DNA from: a bacterium
Lineage (GTDB): Bacteria; Patescibacteriota; Minisyncoccia; UBA6257; GWB1-50-10
Reading direction: 5' to 3'
NCBI GenBank assembly: GCA_021791395.1
Contig: JAJYWR010000013.1
Location: forward strand, 21,384 to 85,383
DNA length: 64,000 bases
The position numbers and the translations under genes were made by a program. Position 1 is the first letter of the stretch; each line of letters starts with the position of its first letter. The notes under the pieces are model-generated. The model saw only the letters and a program-made list of their open reading frames with translations, was not told the DNA's origin and made no database searches. This document shows positions 7,662 to 16,500 of this stretch, in pieces.

Positions 7662-9494
7662 TTACCAGCTGCCGCCTCCCCCGCCGCCGAACCCGCCGCC
7701 GGAGAACCCCCCGGCGCCGAATCCACTTGAGGCCGGCTGAGATGCAATATTGAACGTCCGATTGAACGAGCTTGAGAAGAGCATAAGGTTCGCCGTAAAG
7801 AGCGAGCTATTGAACGCCGTCATCGTCGGATCCTCGTACCACGCGGGCGCCGCCGTCATAACACCTTCGAACTTCTTCGCCCACTCCTTCTCGACGCCCA
7901 AGACCATGGCGTACGGCAAGCATTCTTCGAATTGCTCCGGCTTCAAGCTCGGCGCATTCATCATCTTTAGCCGATCCGTCTCGGTATAGCGGAGGAACTC
8001 GCGGAAGCCCAAGATTTTTTGAAGCGCCGTCATACCCTTCGACGTGAGCTTCGGTATCGGCGGTTTGCCGATCTCGCCAATGAGAAGCGCCACGGCAAAC
8101 ATAACCATAATGATGACGAAGGCGGACCCGCCACCCAACACCATACCGACCACGAACAAAATGAGGAGGCCAAGCGCGCCGAGACCAAAGAGGATCCTCT
8201 CTTTTTTAGTCTTCGCGCGCGCGGCTTGATCGAAATATCCTTCGGCATAGATGTTCTCGTCGGTCTTCGTGCCGACACTTTTCAGCGTTTCAAAGAGAGC
8301 GGCACCGGAGGATTGGAGATCGCTCAAGGAAACACTCTCGCGGGCGGTGAAAAGCATATTGAAAACGATCTGATACGCCGGGTGCCGGAGATCCGAGCCG
8401 TCCTTCACTTTCACGAGCTCGAAATCTTTCTTGTCCGGCCACAGCTTCATTTGCCGCACCGTATAGCGAATCTTCAAATACCCCTTGATCGCAAGATCCA
8501 TGATGACCGACGAGACGTCGGCCATATCGACCTTCCGGTCGACGATCGTGCCGACCTCGATCGGCAAAAGCCCGTCCGGCGGATCGTATTCGGCAACGAG
8601 CGGTATCTTTTTCAGTTCCCGCGGGATAATCGGACGCGATCTCGTTCGCAAACTGATACCCGAAAAGCTGCCGCGACCTCTCAGAACGATGATCCGAAAA
8701 ACGGTCACCGCAAGGATCAAGAAGAGAATGAACATGAGCGGAACAACCGACGCAATGCCACCGGAGGATGGGAAACCCACCGGAGCTGCAGCCGTAGGAG
8801 CGGCGGCGACAGCCGGGAGCGCAAGATATCCGAGCGGAACACCCAAGACGACGGACAGTCCCTCGCCGGGATTCAGGGGACGCGTCGCCGAATACGTCAT
8901 CGCGCTCCCCGACTCGGTATACGAACAATCCTTCGCGGTACTCCCGACCTGACCCGTGTAGCACGTCGCCGTGAGGCCGGCAACGTTTTCCGGCAAAACG
9001 ATCGACGCCGCGACATTATTCAAGGGAACATCCCAGCCATTCCCCGTCACATTCCAGTACACCTCGTCATGATCACTGAATTCACGAACGGCATTTTTGA
9101 CGACATAATCCACGACGTAGGTTTTAACGCCGCTCACTATAACATTCGGATCACCAATCTTGATTTCGAGTGTACTACCCGACACGGATGTCGTGTATGG
9201 GTACGTTCCCCCCGCGCCATTCCCAACGCCCGTCACCATCACCTGCAAACCCGGTCCATTCGGCGACGAAAGCGGAATATCGCGGAAGATGCCGTGTTTT
9301 TGATCCGAACCAAAATCGTAGATGATCGTTTCCGCAACGGAAAGCGTTCCATTTTTCGCAACTGTAATTTGCGAATTGAAACTCTGAATCGTTTCGGCGG
9401 AGGCGCGAGCCGTGTAACCCATACCAGCGATCAAAACAAGAAAAGCGGCTAGAACCGTCAGTTGCCAAAAATGTTCTTTCGCTCGCGTAAACAT
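7662..9494 (-). CDS. DUF2207 domain-containing membrane protein
   Basis: Signal/anchor, then N-terminal IQSFNSQITVAKNGTLSVAETIIYDF...HGIFRDIP. Has internal TM segments and the characteristic Gly-rich C-terminus GFSGGGFGGGGGGSW. Confidence 0.75.
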   Translation of the reverse strand: MFTRAKEHFWQLTVLAAFLVLIAGMGYTARASAETIQSFNSQITVAKNGTLSVAETIIYDFGSDQKHGIFRDIPLSSPNGPGLQVMVTGVGNGAGGTYPYTTSVSGSTLEIKIGDPNVIVSGVKTYVVDYVVKNAVREFSDHDEVYWNVTGNGWDVPLNNVAASIVLPENVAGLTATCYTGQVGSTAKDCSYTESGSAMTYSATRPLNPGEGLSVVLGVPLGYLALPAVAAAPTAAAPVGFPSSGGIASVVPLMFILFLILAVTVFRIIVLRGRGSFSGISLRTRSRPIIPRELKKIPLVAEYDPPDGLLPIEVGTIVDRKVDMADVSSVIMDLAIKGYLKIRYTVRQMKLWPDKKDFELVKVKDGSDLRHPAYQIVFNMLFTARESVSLSDLQSSGAALFETLKSVGTKTDENIYAEGYFDQAARAKTKKERILFGLGALGLLILFVVGMVLGGGSAFVIIMVMFAVALLIGEIGKPPIPKLTSKGMTALQKILGFREFLRYTETDRLKMMNAPSLKPEQFEECLPYAMVLGVEKEWAKKFEGVMTAAPAWYEDPTMTAFNSSLFTANLMLFSSSFNRTFNIASQPASSGFGAGGFSGGGFGGGGGGSW

Positions 9495-9571
9495 CTATTA
9501 GATTTTAGCACAAACAAACATCTCTTGGGGCGCCTTCAGTGCCTCGAGGGAATCAGTCGGCCCGTGGAGGA

Positions 9572-9611
9572 TAATCAAAAACAAGCAAGGGAGATATGAA
9601 TATCTCCCTTG
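9572..9611 (-). terminator. Intrinsic terminator after 9621-10307
   Basis: Perfect 11-bp stem CAAGGGAGATA / TATCTCCCTTG with a 4-nt loop (9586-9611). Followed on the minus strand by CTTGTTTTTGATT. Confidence 0.7.
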
Positions 9612-9620
9612 AACTATTTA

Positions 9621-10307
9621 TCACTGCTGCACCGCCACCGGATGGTGGTGGTCGTTGTGATTGCCGCCCTTCATCCGTTCGGTTCTCTGCCGCCGATATT
9701 CCTTCGGATTCTCCTGTAACCAATCCTCCGGAATGTGGCGAATATACCATAACCCGGAGCAGGGATCATCCATCTCGACAATAACGACAAGCATCAACGT
9801 CAGGACAAAAACGACCACATACACGATCACCACACCGGCAAGGACACTCGGGTACTCAATGATGAGAAACCCGAAGAGCACCGTGAGCGATAAGACGACG
9901 ATCAGGACATAGACCAAGGGCGAGAGATCTTCGTCGCGCAAATCCATGAAAAGATCTTTGTCGTGCCTTTTTACCGCTGCCCGAAGCTGTTTATACTCGC
10001 TCCAAACGGTGTTCATAGCAACCGTTGCAAGCAAGCTGTACCAGATGCCGAACATCGAGAGCCATGCAGTCGTCACGACGCTTTCCGCTTCCGCGGCAAA
10101 GTGTATCTCATTCCGATAGAAGATCACGTACCACCCGTACGTTACAACGATGCCGACAACAACCGGCCAGATGAGCATGAGAAAAATCTTTATTCCCAGC
10201 TCCACTCTTTTTCTGAACCGCTCTGCCGGCTTCTCATGCCTGATCTTCTTTCTGAATATTTTCGCCCTGTCTTCTTTTCCATTCGTGCTTTTCATCATTC
10301 CCTCCAA
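9621..10307 (-). CDS. Hypothetical polytopic membrane protein with His-rich tail
   Basis: 228 aa with several hydrophobic helices. C-terminus is GGNHNDHHHPVAVQQ. Confidence 0.5.
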   Translation of the reverse strand: MEGMMKSTNGKEDRAKIFRKKIRHEKPAERFRKRVELGIKIFLMLIWPVVVGIVVTYGWYVIFYRNEIHFAAEAESVVTTAWLSMFGIWYSLLATVAMNTVWSEYKQLRAAVKRHDKDLFMDLRDEDLSPLVYVLIVVLSLTVLFGFLIIEYPSVLAGVVIVYVVVFVLTLMLVVIVEMDDPCSGLWYIRHIPEDWLQENPKEYRRQRTERMKGGNHNDHHHPVAVQQ

Positions 10308-10488
10308 TTTTCAAAGATATAAATAATATAACATCTTTTTATATATCAGTCAATTACTTTCAATGCCTTCAAAAACCAACGAAAGCGAGCTGGTCGCCTC
10401 GCGAGTGCCCCGAACACAACACTGGACAAAAAAACAGGAAAAGTGGTACAACTATCCCTACAGCACATAAATAAATATAGGAGTACAT

Positions 10489-10917
10489 ATGGGCATAGGG
10501 TTATCCCCCAGTCACTACCGAAGCGTGGCCATCGGCATGAAATATATCCTCGACGGAGAGGGTAAAATGAGGCTGAATGTTCTTGCGGAAGCAAAATATT
10601 TTTTCATTGCAGCTCGCAGCGGAAACAAGAGCGAACGGCAAACAGCGGCGTTCATTCTTGCCGGCAAAACCCACCTTTCACGGGAAACGCGGGCAAAAAT
10701 CGAAACGTTCATCACCTTCATGGATGTCTTAGGCAGACGTCGAGAGCTTCAAGAAGATGAACTCGCCATCATCCAAGATCTCCGGGTCTTCTTTGCCAGT
10801 CTTCAAGAGATCGGACATGAAATAAAAATGAGGGAAATCCGGGAATCCGGATACTGGGATAAGCGGCAGAACCGGAAGGAATTCTGGAAAGAAAAAATAA
10901 GAGGTCGCGCTTTATGA
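10489..10917 (+). CDS. Hypothetical protein
   Basis: 142 aa ORF preceded by TAGGAGT. No recognised domain. Confidence 0.45.
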   Translation: MGIGLSPSHYRSVAIGMKYILDGEGKMRLNVLAEAKYFFIAARSGNKSERQTAAFILAGKTHLSRETRAKIETFITFMDVLGRRRELQEDELAIIQDLRVFFASLQEIGHEIKMREIRESGYWDKRQNRKEFWKEKIRGRAL

Positions 10918-10926
10918 AAGCGCGAC
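10904..10926. terminator. Shared hairpin between convergent genes (T-tract on the minus-strand side)
   Basis: 10-bp stem GTCGCGCTTT-ATG-AAAGCGCGAC. The minus-strand reading continues CTCTTATTTTTTCTTT. Confidence 0.6.
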
Positions 10927-10934
10927 TTACTCGT

Positions 10935-11186
10935 TTAGGACTTCTTTTTCATTTCTTCGATCTTCGCGATTACTTCTTCAAAAACGATGCCGTTCCCATT
11001 TGCGAAGAGCGCAGCAAGCCAGTAGACGTCGTTGATATTGTCCTCAAGGTCTTCTTTCAGTATTTCCATATCCTCTTCCAACTTCACGGCATTGCGGAGT
11101 TCGCCGATCTCCCCCACGATACTACAGAGAATATCCTTGGGGTTGTGCGGCTTCGGCTCACTACTTGTTACCTTTGAGACAGGCAT
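10935..11186 (-). CDS. Small MazG-like (all-alpha NTP pyrophosphohydrolase-like) protein, tentative
   Basis: IVGEIGELRNAV...EDLEDNINDVYWLAALFANGNGIVFEEVIAKIEEM resembles the MazG EExxE/DxxD helices. ATG at 11186 has GAGGA upstream. Confidence 0.4.
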   Translation of the reverse strand: MPVSKVTSSEPKPHNPKDILCSIVGEIGELRNAVKLEEDMEILKEDLEDNINDVYWLAALFANGNGIVFEEVIAKIEEMKKKS

Positions 11187-11286
11187 AATATTCCTCAAAT
11201 TTTAGCACAAACGGTTGACCTCGGACACCAAACCGAGGTTTCCAGTGGCTCCGCACCGGAAGATCAAACCCAGAACTCTTTTTGAT

Positions 11287-11315
11287 TTGACAAAATTTTT
11301 AAAAAATTATATTAT
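11287..11315 (+). promoter_or_regulatory. Sigma70-type promoter of the 3D-domain gene
   Basis: TTGACA (11287-11292), 17-nt spacer, TATTAT (11310-11315). An AAAGGAGAA RBS lies before the TTG start at 11376. Confidence 0.55.
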
Positions 11316-11375
11316 GAGAATCCTTAACGGGACTTAAAGCAGTAATTTTTACAATCACATAAAGGAGAATTATTC

Positions 11376-11819
11376 TTGAAAACAAAAGTTATATTTTTTT
11401 CATTGATTATGGTAGGCCTCCTCGTTCTCTCTCTTCCGGTCAACACCGAAGAGTGCGGGAGCCGCCTTCCTTTACCGACCAAAAGCGTCGAACTTCAAAA
11501 GATCCACGAAATCGAAGATAATAAGAACGTCGAGGTCATCGAAAATGTAGCGGTAACCGCCTATACAGACTCGGGACTCACGGCGAGCGGTATTCCTGCC
11601 GGCGACGGCATAGTAGCCTGTAACTTCCGAAAACTCGGGACGGTCATTCAAATACCGCATCTCTTCGGGACCAGAAAGTTCGTCATCCTTGACCGCATGA
11701 GCAAGGACTACCGCACCTATCCGCGAAACCGGAGAGGCATCGACGTTTGGATGCGCGACCACGATTCAGCGATCGCACTCGGCGTGAGGAGAACGACCAT
11801 TTTCATTGTTAAACAATAA
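11376..11819 (+). CDS. Secreted 3D-domain (RlpA-like double-psi beta-barrel) protein
   Basis: Signal peptide, then VAVTAYTDSGLTASGIPAGDGIVAC...LGTVIQIP...ILDRM...GIDVWM, typical of the 3D domain. TTG start. Confidence 0.65.
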   Translation: MKTKVIFFSLIMVGLLVLSLPVNTEECGSRLPLPTKSVELQKIHEIEDNKNVEVIENVAVTAYTDSGLTASGIPAGDGIVACNFRKLGTVIQIPHLFGTRKFVILDRMSKDYRTYPRNRRGIDVWMRDHDSAIALGVRRTTIFIVKQ

Positions 11820-11827
11820 AGATACAA

Positions 11828-11856
11828 GGAGCGCAGTGCGCTCCTTTTCCCTTTTT
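11828..11856 (+). terminator. Intrinsic terminator
   Basis: GGAGCGC-AGT-GCGCTCC followed by TTTTCCCTTTTT. Confidence 0.7.
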
Positions 11857-11866
11857 CGGGCACGGT

Positions 11867-12340
11867 CTATAAGAGACCCAAGGCCCCGGCAAGGATCACG
11901 CCCGTGACGCTCCCCCCGAACCCGAACGTCAAATCCCCCATCGTGTCGGCATTGGTCGGCTGCAGGAGCATATTTTCCTGCACCAAATTCTCGTGAAAAA
12001 TGTCCACCCTCACGTGATCATAGGTAAACTCCCACACTTCCCACGACACGCTCACAAAAACGCAAATGGCAACGGTGACGAAGGCTTTTTTCCAAAATCC
12101 GTCGGGCAACACGTGAAAGCGCGGGTGTGCTTCCATGACCCACAGGAGCGCCGAAGCGAACAAAATGCCGGCAAAGAAATGGACGACGGCATCATAGCCG
12201 AAAAAGCCGGCGTTACATCCCAAATACTTGAAGCACTGGTAGTTTTTCGAGAGATCGAAGAAATCGCCTCCCACAAATTGCAGAAAGGAAAAGACGACGA
12301 AGGCAAGAATGAAGAATGTAAGACGTTTTTTGGGCAGCAT
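11867..12340 (-). CDS. Hypothetical membrane protein
   Basis: 157 aa with 4-5 hydrophobic helices. No recognised domain. Confidence 0.5.
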   Translation of the reverse strand: MLPKKRLTFFILAFVVFSFLQFVGGDFFDLSKNYQCFKYLGCNAGFFGYDAVVHFFAGILFASALLWVMEAHPRFHVLPDGFWKKAFVTVAICVFVSVSWEVWEFTYDHVRVDIFHENLVQENMLLQPTNADTMGDLTFGFGGSVTGVILAGALGLL

Positions 12341-12435
12341 TTACAATAATCCCCTTTCGGTATTAGAATCAGGCTAAGTTCAGCAGGACATTCACAATTA
12401 TACATCAACCAAACCAGAAAGGAGTACGAGACAGA

Positions 12436-13080
12436 ATGAATTATGATCATCGAGAGATGATGAACGAGCGAACGCTCGTTCTCATCAAACCGGAGACCGT
12501 CCAGCGCGGCTACATCGGAGAGATCATCACCATCTTCGAGAGAGCCGGATTGAAGATTGTTGCGGCAAAGTTCCTGGTAGCCACGAAAAAACAACTCGAC
12601 GGCCATTTCCATGGCGGCGATGAGTGGCTTCGCGGCATCGGAAGAAAAACCACCGAAGGATGCCGTGAAGACGGCTTGAGGGTCGAGGATGTCATGGGGA
12701 CATCGGACCCCCTCGAGATTGGCAGAAAAATCAAGGAACAACTGTATCACTATCTTTCTTCGGGACCTATGATGGCTCTCGTTCTTGAAGGCATTCATGC
12801 CGTCAAGGTCGTTCGAAAGATCACTGGACACACTATTCCGGCAAAAGCGGAAACAGGGACCATACGTGCAATGTATTCCATCGCTTCCGCCGATCTCGCA
12901 AGCGTCGTGGGAAGCCCCGCGAGAAACGTTATCCATGCATCATCGAGCGTGGACGAAGCGAAAATCGAAATTCGCCATTGGTTCAAGGACAGTGAAGTCA
13001 TCGAATGGAAAAAAATCGATGAAGACGTCCTATTCACCGATGGAGATTACACCAAAATCTCAGACAAGAAAGGAAACTAG
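12436..13080 (+). CDS. ndk: Nucleoside-diphosphate kinase with internal insertion and C-terminal extension
   Basis: ERTLVLIKPETVQRGYIGEIITIFERAGLKIVAAK, GTIRAMY, and NVIHASSSVDEAKIEIRHWF (catalytic His context). AAAGGAG RBS. Length is ~210 aa against the usual ~140-150 aa. Confidence 0.8.
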   Translation: MNYDHREMMNERTLVLIKPETVQRGYIGEIITIFERAGLKIVAAKFLVATKKQLDGHFHGGDEWLRGIGRKTTEGCREDGLRVEDVMGTSDPLEIGRKIKEQLYHYLSSGPMMALVLEGIHAVKVVRKITGHTIPAKAETGTIRAMYSIASADLASVVGSPARNVIHASSSVDEAKIEIRHWFKDSEVIEWKKIDEDVLFTDGDYTKISDKKGN

Positions 13081-13082
13081 CC

Positions 13083-13382
13083 ATGAAACCAAACACAGAA
13101 ATCCTAGAAAAGCGATTCCGGTCGCTGAAGCTTTCTAACCGACATGACGACCGCCGCAATGCAGCGGAACATGCCTACGCCCTGTCTATCATCTTCAAAA
13201 ATCAGGGCAATATGCGGAAAGCCCGCCAGTTTGCGAAGGTGTCGATCGACCTCTTCGACGAAAATCAGGGGAAAAACCCGGGCGATTATGCCCCCCAGAA
13301 CGTCGTTATCAGCGGTATCCCGATGCCGAGCTCGTACATTCACAGCGGTGTCGTCAAAGATCGCCTGAAAAGCCTCTTCTAA
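13083..13382 (+). CDS. Hypothetical protein
   Basis: 99 aa ORF directly after ndk, with AAAGGAAA upstream. Followed by a terminator. Confidence 0.45.
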   Translation: MKPNTEILEKRFRSLKLSNRHDDRRNAAEHAYALSIIFKNQGNMRKARQFAKVSIDLFDENQGKNPGDYAPQNVVISGIPMPSSYIHSGVVKDRLKSLF

Positions 13383-13408
13383 ACGATATAAACAGGCCCC
13401 CGTGGCCG

Positions 13409-13441
13409 GCCACTTCTTCGGAAGTGGCTTTCTCTTTATTT
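13409..13441 (+). terminator. Intrinsic terminator
   Basis: GCCACTTC-TTCG-GAAGTGGC followed by TTTCTCTTTATTT. Confidence 0.7.
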
Positions 13442-13550
13442 AAATTTAGGCTCCCAATTTAGGCCCCCGGTTTCCTTCAAAAATTCGAGGAGAGCGGGGG
13501 GCCTGCAATTTTTGAGGGAGAGCGGGGGGCCGAAGATTCTGTGAATAACT
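13441..13550. repeat. Dispersed repeat family B, locus C (two full units plus degenerate units; DnaA-box-like TTATTCACA on the minus strand at 13540-13548)
   Basis: Sequence ...aaaaattcgaggagagcggggggcc tgcaatttttgagggagagcggggggcc gaagattctgtgaataac. Confidence 0.7.
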
Positions 13551-13556
13551 TTTCGG

Positions 13557-13589
13557 ATAAAAACAAAAACGCCGGGCTAAAGCCCGACG
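13557..13589 (-). terminator. Intrinsic terminator after the Cys-repeat protein gene
   Basis: Minus strand reads CGTCGGGCTTTAGCCCGGCG followed by TTTTTGTTTTT. A second GC-rich hairpin plus T-run lies just upstream (13600-13650). Confidence 0.7.
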
Positions 13590-13701
13590 TTATAAGAAAA
13601 AGAGGGGGTGTGGCCCTTTTAGGACCCCTAGGACCCGGCCACGGGGTTTCTTTCCCAGGGGACATTACAGTATACGTTAAAAGAACCCAAAACGTAACGG
13701 G

Positions 13702-15033
13702 CTAATTATCCCCACCTCCGCTATTGTCACCTCCCCTGTTATTCATCATATTTTGGAGCTGCGGCAAAATGCCGTTCAGCGAGGATGTTGCCGGTATCAT
13801 GGGAGCATTATCTCCTCCCGGTCGCACCGGTATGCCCGCCGGCCCCTGCCCTTCTCCTTCCCCCGGTTGCGTACTCGTGCCGAATGCCTGCATACAACTT
13901 GCAATGATCTGGCCGAGATTCGTGCTCGACGGATTTGCAAGAAGGTACGGCTGGACGCAGCTCTTCACCCGGTCCGGCAAATTCATACCATCGAGCCGGT
14001 TTTGTATCGATTCCCGGTTCCGCTCTTGATTCTGGGTATCCCCTTGGTTCTGTTCCTGATTTTGGGTGCTCGTTTGATTTTGTTCTCCTTCGGGAACTTG
14101 GCTTTCCGGACCCTTCAAGCATTCTTTAATCTTCTCTCCCATATCGGGAGCGATAGCACCGAAATTCCCTTCCTGCAAATCGGCGATCGTCGACGTTCCG
14201 ATATTCTGAAGACAACCTTGCACCGTCGTCGAAGCGTTCTGGATCAAATTCTGGAATCTGTTTTGAATCTGGTTCTTGTAAGCATTAAAGCACGAGGTAA
14301 CCGCGGCGCTCGTCGAAGCGTTCGGCGTGATATTCCCGCTTTCAAGTTCGCCGACCGCATTGTCGCCAAGTTCGCCCTTCAAGCAGGAAACCACCTGCCC
14401 GGGGAACTGTGCAAGGCCAATCTTCAAGCCCGTCGCGCTTTGCTGGATGTTTTTCGCCTGCACCTCGGAGATCAAACCGTTCTGCTTTGCAAAATTCAAA
14501 CATACCGACTGGTTCTGCGGATTATTGCAGAACGCGGTGCACGATTGTTCCGAATCGCAGCCGCCGGGCCCTTTGCCCGCATTTTGTTGGATCGCCTGCA
14601 CTTGCGCTTGGCTTACAAATCCCTCCCGTTCGGCAAAGGCAAGACACTCGCTCGCATGGCTCGCATCTGAACAGTACGTCCGGCATTCGCCCGCCGAAGA
14701 GCAATTTCCCGGCGTTCCCCCGCTTTGGATCAAGGAAAGGAACGACTGCGCTCGCCGGACCTCCTCTCGGGTCATCAAGTGATTTTGTTCAGCGAAGGCA
14801 AGACAGGCATTTTCGTTCGCCGGGTTATTGCAATAGGTCCGGCAATCACCGACGCTCCCGCAATTCCCGAGCGCTGCGATCGGATATTGCAGAGACGACG
14901 GCGAAACGACCGTGCTCGACGACAACGTCGTGACCGCCGTCGTTTGGGCGTTTGTCACGAGATAGTGCGACACAAAAAGTCCCGTCCCGAGAATGACCAC
15001 CGACAAAGCGATAGAAAAAGTTTTGTTTTTCAT
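13702..15033 (-). CDS. Secreted Cys-repeat, Gln/Asn-rich protein of unknown function
   Basis: Signal peptide MKNKTFSIALSVVILGTGLFV. Three tandem ~45-aa repeats with C-x5-C-x3-C-x9-C (GNCGSVGDCRTYCNNPANENACLAFAEQN...), then a Q/N-rich region with spaced single Cys. Start refined to the ATG at 15033. Confidence 0.6.
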   Translation of the reverse strand: MKNKTFSIALSVVILGTGLFVSHYLVTNAQTTAVTTLSSSTVVSPSSLQYPIAALGNCGSVGDCRTYCNNPANENACLAFAEQNHLMTREEVRRAQSFLSLIQSGGTPGNCSSAGECRTYCSDASHASECLAFAEREGFVSQAQVQAIQQNAGKGPGGCDSEQSCTAFCNNPQNQSVCLNFAKQNGLISEVQAKNIQQSATGLKIGLAQFPGQVVSCLKGELGDNAVGELESGNITPNASTSAAVTSCFNAYKNQIQNRFQNLIQNASTTVQGCLQNIGTSTIADLQEGNFGAIAPDMGEKIKECLKGPESQVPEGEQNQTSTQNQEQNQGDTQNQERNRESIQNRLDGMNLPDRVKSCVQPYLLANPSSTNLGQIIASCMQAFGTSTQPGEGEGQGPAGIPVRPGGDNAPMIPATSSLNGILPQLQNMMNNRGGDNSGGGDN

Positions 15034-15034
15034 G

Positions 15035-15274
15035 TTATTGACCGAATGGATTGGTTTGCGGCAAGCTTTGCGGTACCGCAGCTTGAGGGGCGACGTTTGA
15101 GTAGATCTGAGCTCCCAAGCTCTGTGTACTGGTGGTAGTAGTGGCAGCAGCCGGCGCCAGGTTCGCATTCGAGGCAGGAGCTTGAGGCTTCGCTCCCACG
15201 AAAACGAAGAACATGATGAGGGCGACCACTAAAACCACTATGGCTACGATGAGCCAGGCTATTTGAGGTTTCAT
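15035..15274 (-). CDS. Small single-TM protein
   Basis: MKPQIAWLIVAIVVLVVALIMFFVFVG, followed by an Ala/Thr/Gln-rich tail. Abuts the downstream gene. Confidence 0.4.
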   Translation of the reverse strand: MKPQIAWLIVAIVVLVVALIMFFVFVGAKPQAPASNANLAPAAATTTTSTQSLGAQIYSNVAPQAAVPQSLPQTNPFGQ

Positions 15275-15296
15275 ACTTTCATTATAGCAAAAAGCA

Positions 15297-16496
15297 CTAT
15301 GCAATTCTCAAAAGTTCGTTGAATTTGAAAATCCGCTCCCGGGTTGGGGCGCCGATTTTCACACCGTATGCGCCCGCGGCCTTCGCTAAATGAATGATAA
15401 ATACGTCATCGGTCTCTCCCGATCGGTGGGAAACAATGGTCCGTATTCCTCTCTCGTGGGCACCCTGCACGGCTTCGATTGTTTCGGTCACCGTCCCCGC
15501 TTGATTGGGTTTTATAATGACGCCGTTCATCAATCCCTTCCCTGCATATTCTTCGATGAGCGAGCGGTTGGTAACGGTAAGGTCGTCGCTGACGATCATC
15601 CTTCCTTCAAGTTTTTTGGAGAGCAGAGCGAAGCCCGTCGTGTCGCGTTCCGAAAAGGGGTCTTCGATGGAAAACAAAGCCGGAGCTTTCTTGCAGTATC
15701 CTTCGTAAATCCCGGCGAGCTTTGGGGTAGTCACTTTCTTGCCATCGAAGAGGTATGCATCGCCGGACGAAAATCCATTCGCCGCGGCATCCACTCCCAA
15801 ACGGAAGGTTCTGGATAAGCCATCCTTCCGCACGAGATCCGAAAGAACGGCCAATGGTTCGAAATTATTTTTAAAATCCAAAGAATATCCACCCTCGTCG
15901 CCGATCGGAATATTCGAAATGCGCTTCATCGTGCCGAGTTTTTCACCGAGGTCACGGTAAAACGAAATAAGTTTTTCAATTGCGCTCTTCATATCACCTC
16001 GCGTCTCGACGAGCACCATGTATTCCTGGATATTGAGATCGTTCCGTGCGTGCTCACCGCCGTTTATGAGATTCGAAAATATCACGGGCTTCCATACCTT
16101 CTGCACCGCCTTTCCGAAGAATTCCTTTTGTAAGGATTCCCACAATTCTTTTTTTTGACTTGCAGCTGCCGCGCGCGCAAAGGCCATAGAAAGGCCCAAC
16201 ATCACGTTACCGCCGATCATGCGCTTATTTTCCGTTCCGTCAAGCTTGATCAAAAATTCGTCGAAGGACCGCTGGTTCGAAAAATCCTTCCCTTTCAGCG
16301 CGGCAAGCCTTTTTAAGTTCTTCGCACTCGACGCTTCGGCAAAGCTCACAACCGCGGCTTCGCGCGATCCCCGACTCTTGCCGGCCGGAACCGACGCATA
16401 AAAAGCAAAGCCGTTTCCGACCGCAATGCCCGCTTCGATCGTGGAATTCCCGCGTGAGTCGAAGATCTCGTCGATTGCAAAATCTTTTACCTTCAT
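15297..16496 (-). CDS. eno: Enolase (short form)
   Basis: IDEIFDSRGNSTIE at the N-terminus, SHRSGETDD, and KPNQAGTVTE. Confidence 0.9.
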   Translation of the reverse strand: MKVKDFAIDEIFDSRGNSTIEAGIAVGNGFAFYASVPAGKSRGSREAAVVSFAEASSAKNLKRLAALKGKDFSNQRSFDEFLIKLDGTENKRMIGGNVMLGLSMAFARAAAASQKKELWESLQKEFFGKAVQKVWKPVIFSNLINGGEHARNDLNIQEYMVLVETRGDMKSAIEKLISFYRDLGEKLGTMKRISNIPIGDEGGYSLDFKNNFEPLAVLSDLVRKDGLSRTFRLGVDAAANGFSSGDAYLFDGKKVTTPKLAGIYEGYCKKAPALFSIEDPFSERDTTGFALLSKKLEGRMIVSDDLTVTNRSLIEEYAGKGLMNGVIIKPNQAGTVTETIEAVQGAHERGIRTIVSHRSGETDDVFIIHLAKAAGAYGVKIGAPTRERIFKFNELLRIA

Positions 16497-16500
16497 TCTC

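Noticed and set aside
8019-9452. 477-aa plus-strand ORF, and similar long antisense ORFs (5884-6795, 12052-12936, 13753-14670, 22703-24157, 56049-56954).
   Set aside because: These are Arg/His/Pro-rich low-complexity translations lying antisense to genes with clear family motifs. They are typical shadow ORFs.
13441-13550. Possible CRISPR array, because of short GC-rich direct repeats ending in GAGAGCGGGGGGCC.
   Set aside because: Only two full units are present, directly abutting with no unique spacers. Units occur in both orientations at other loci, and no cas genes are in the window.
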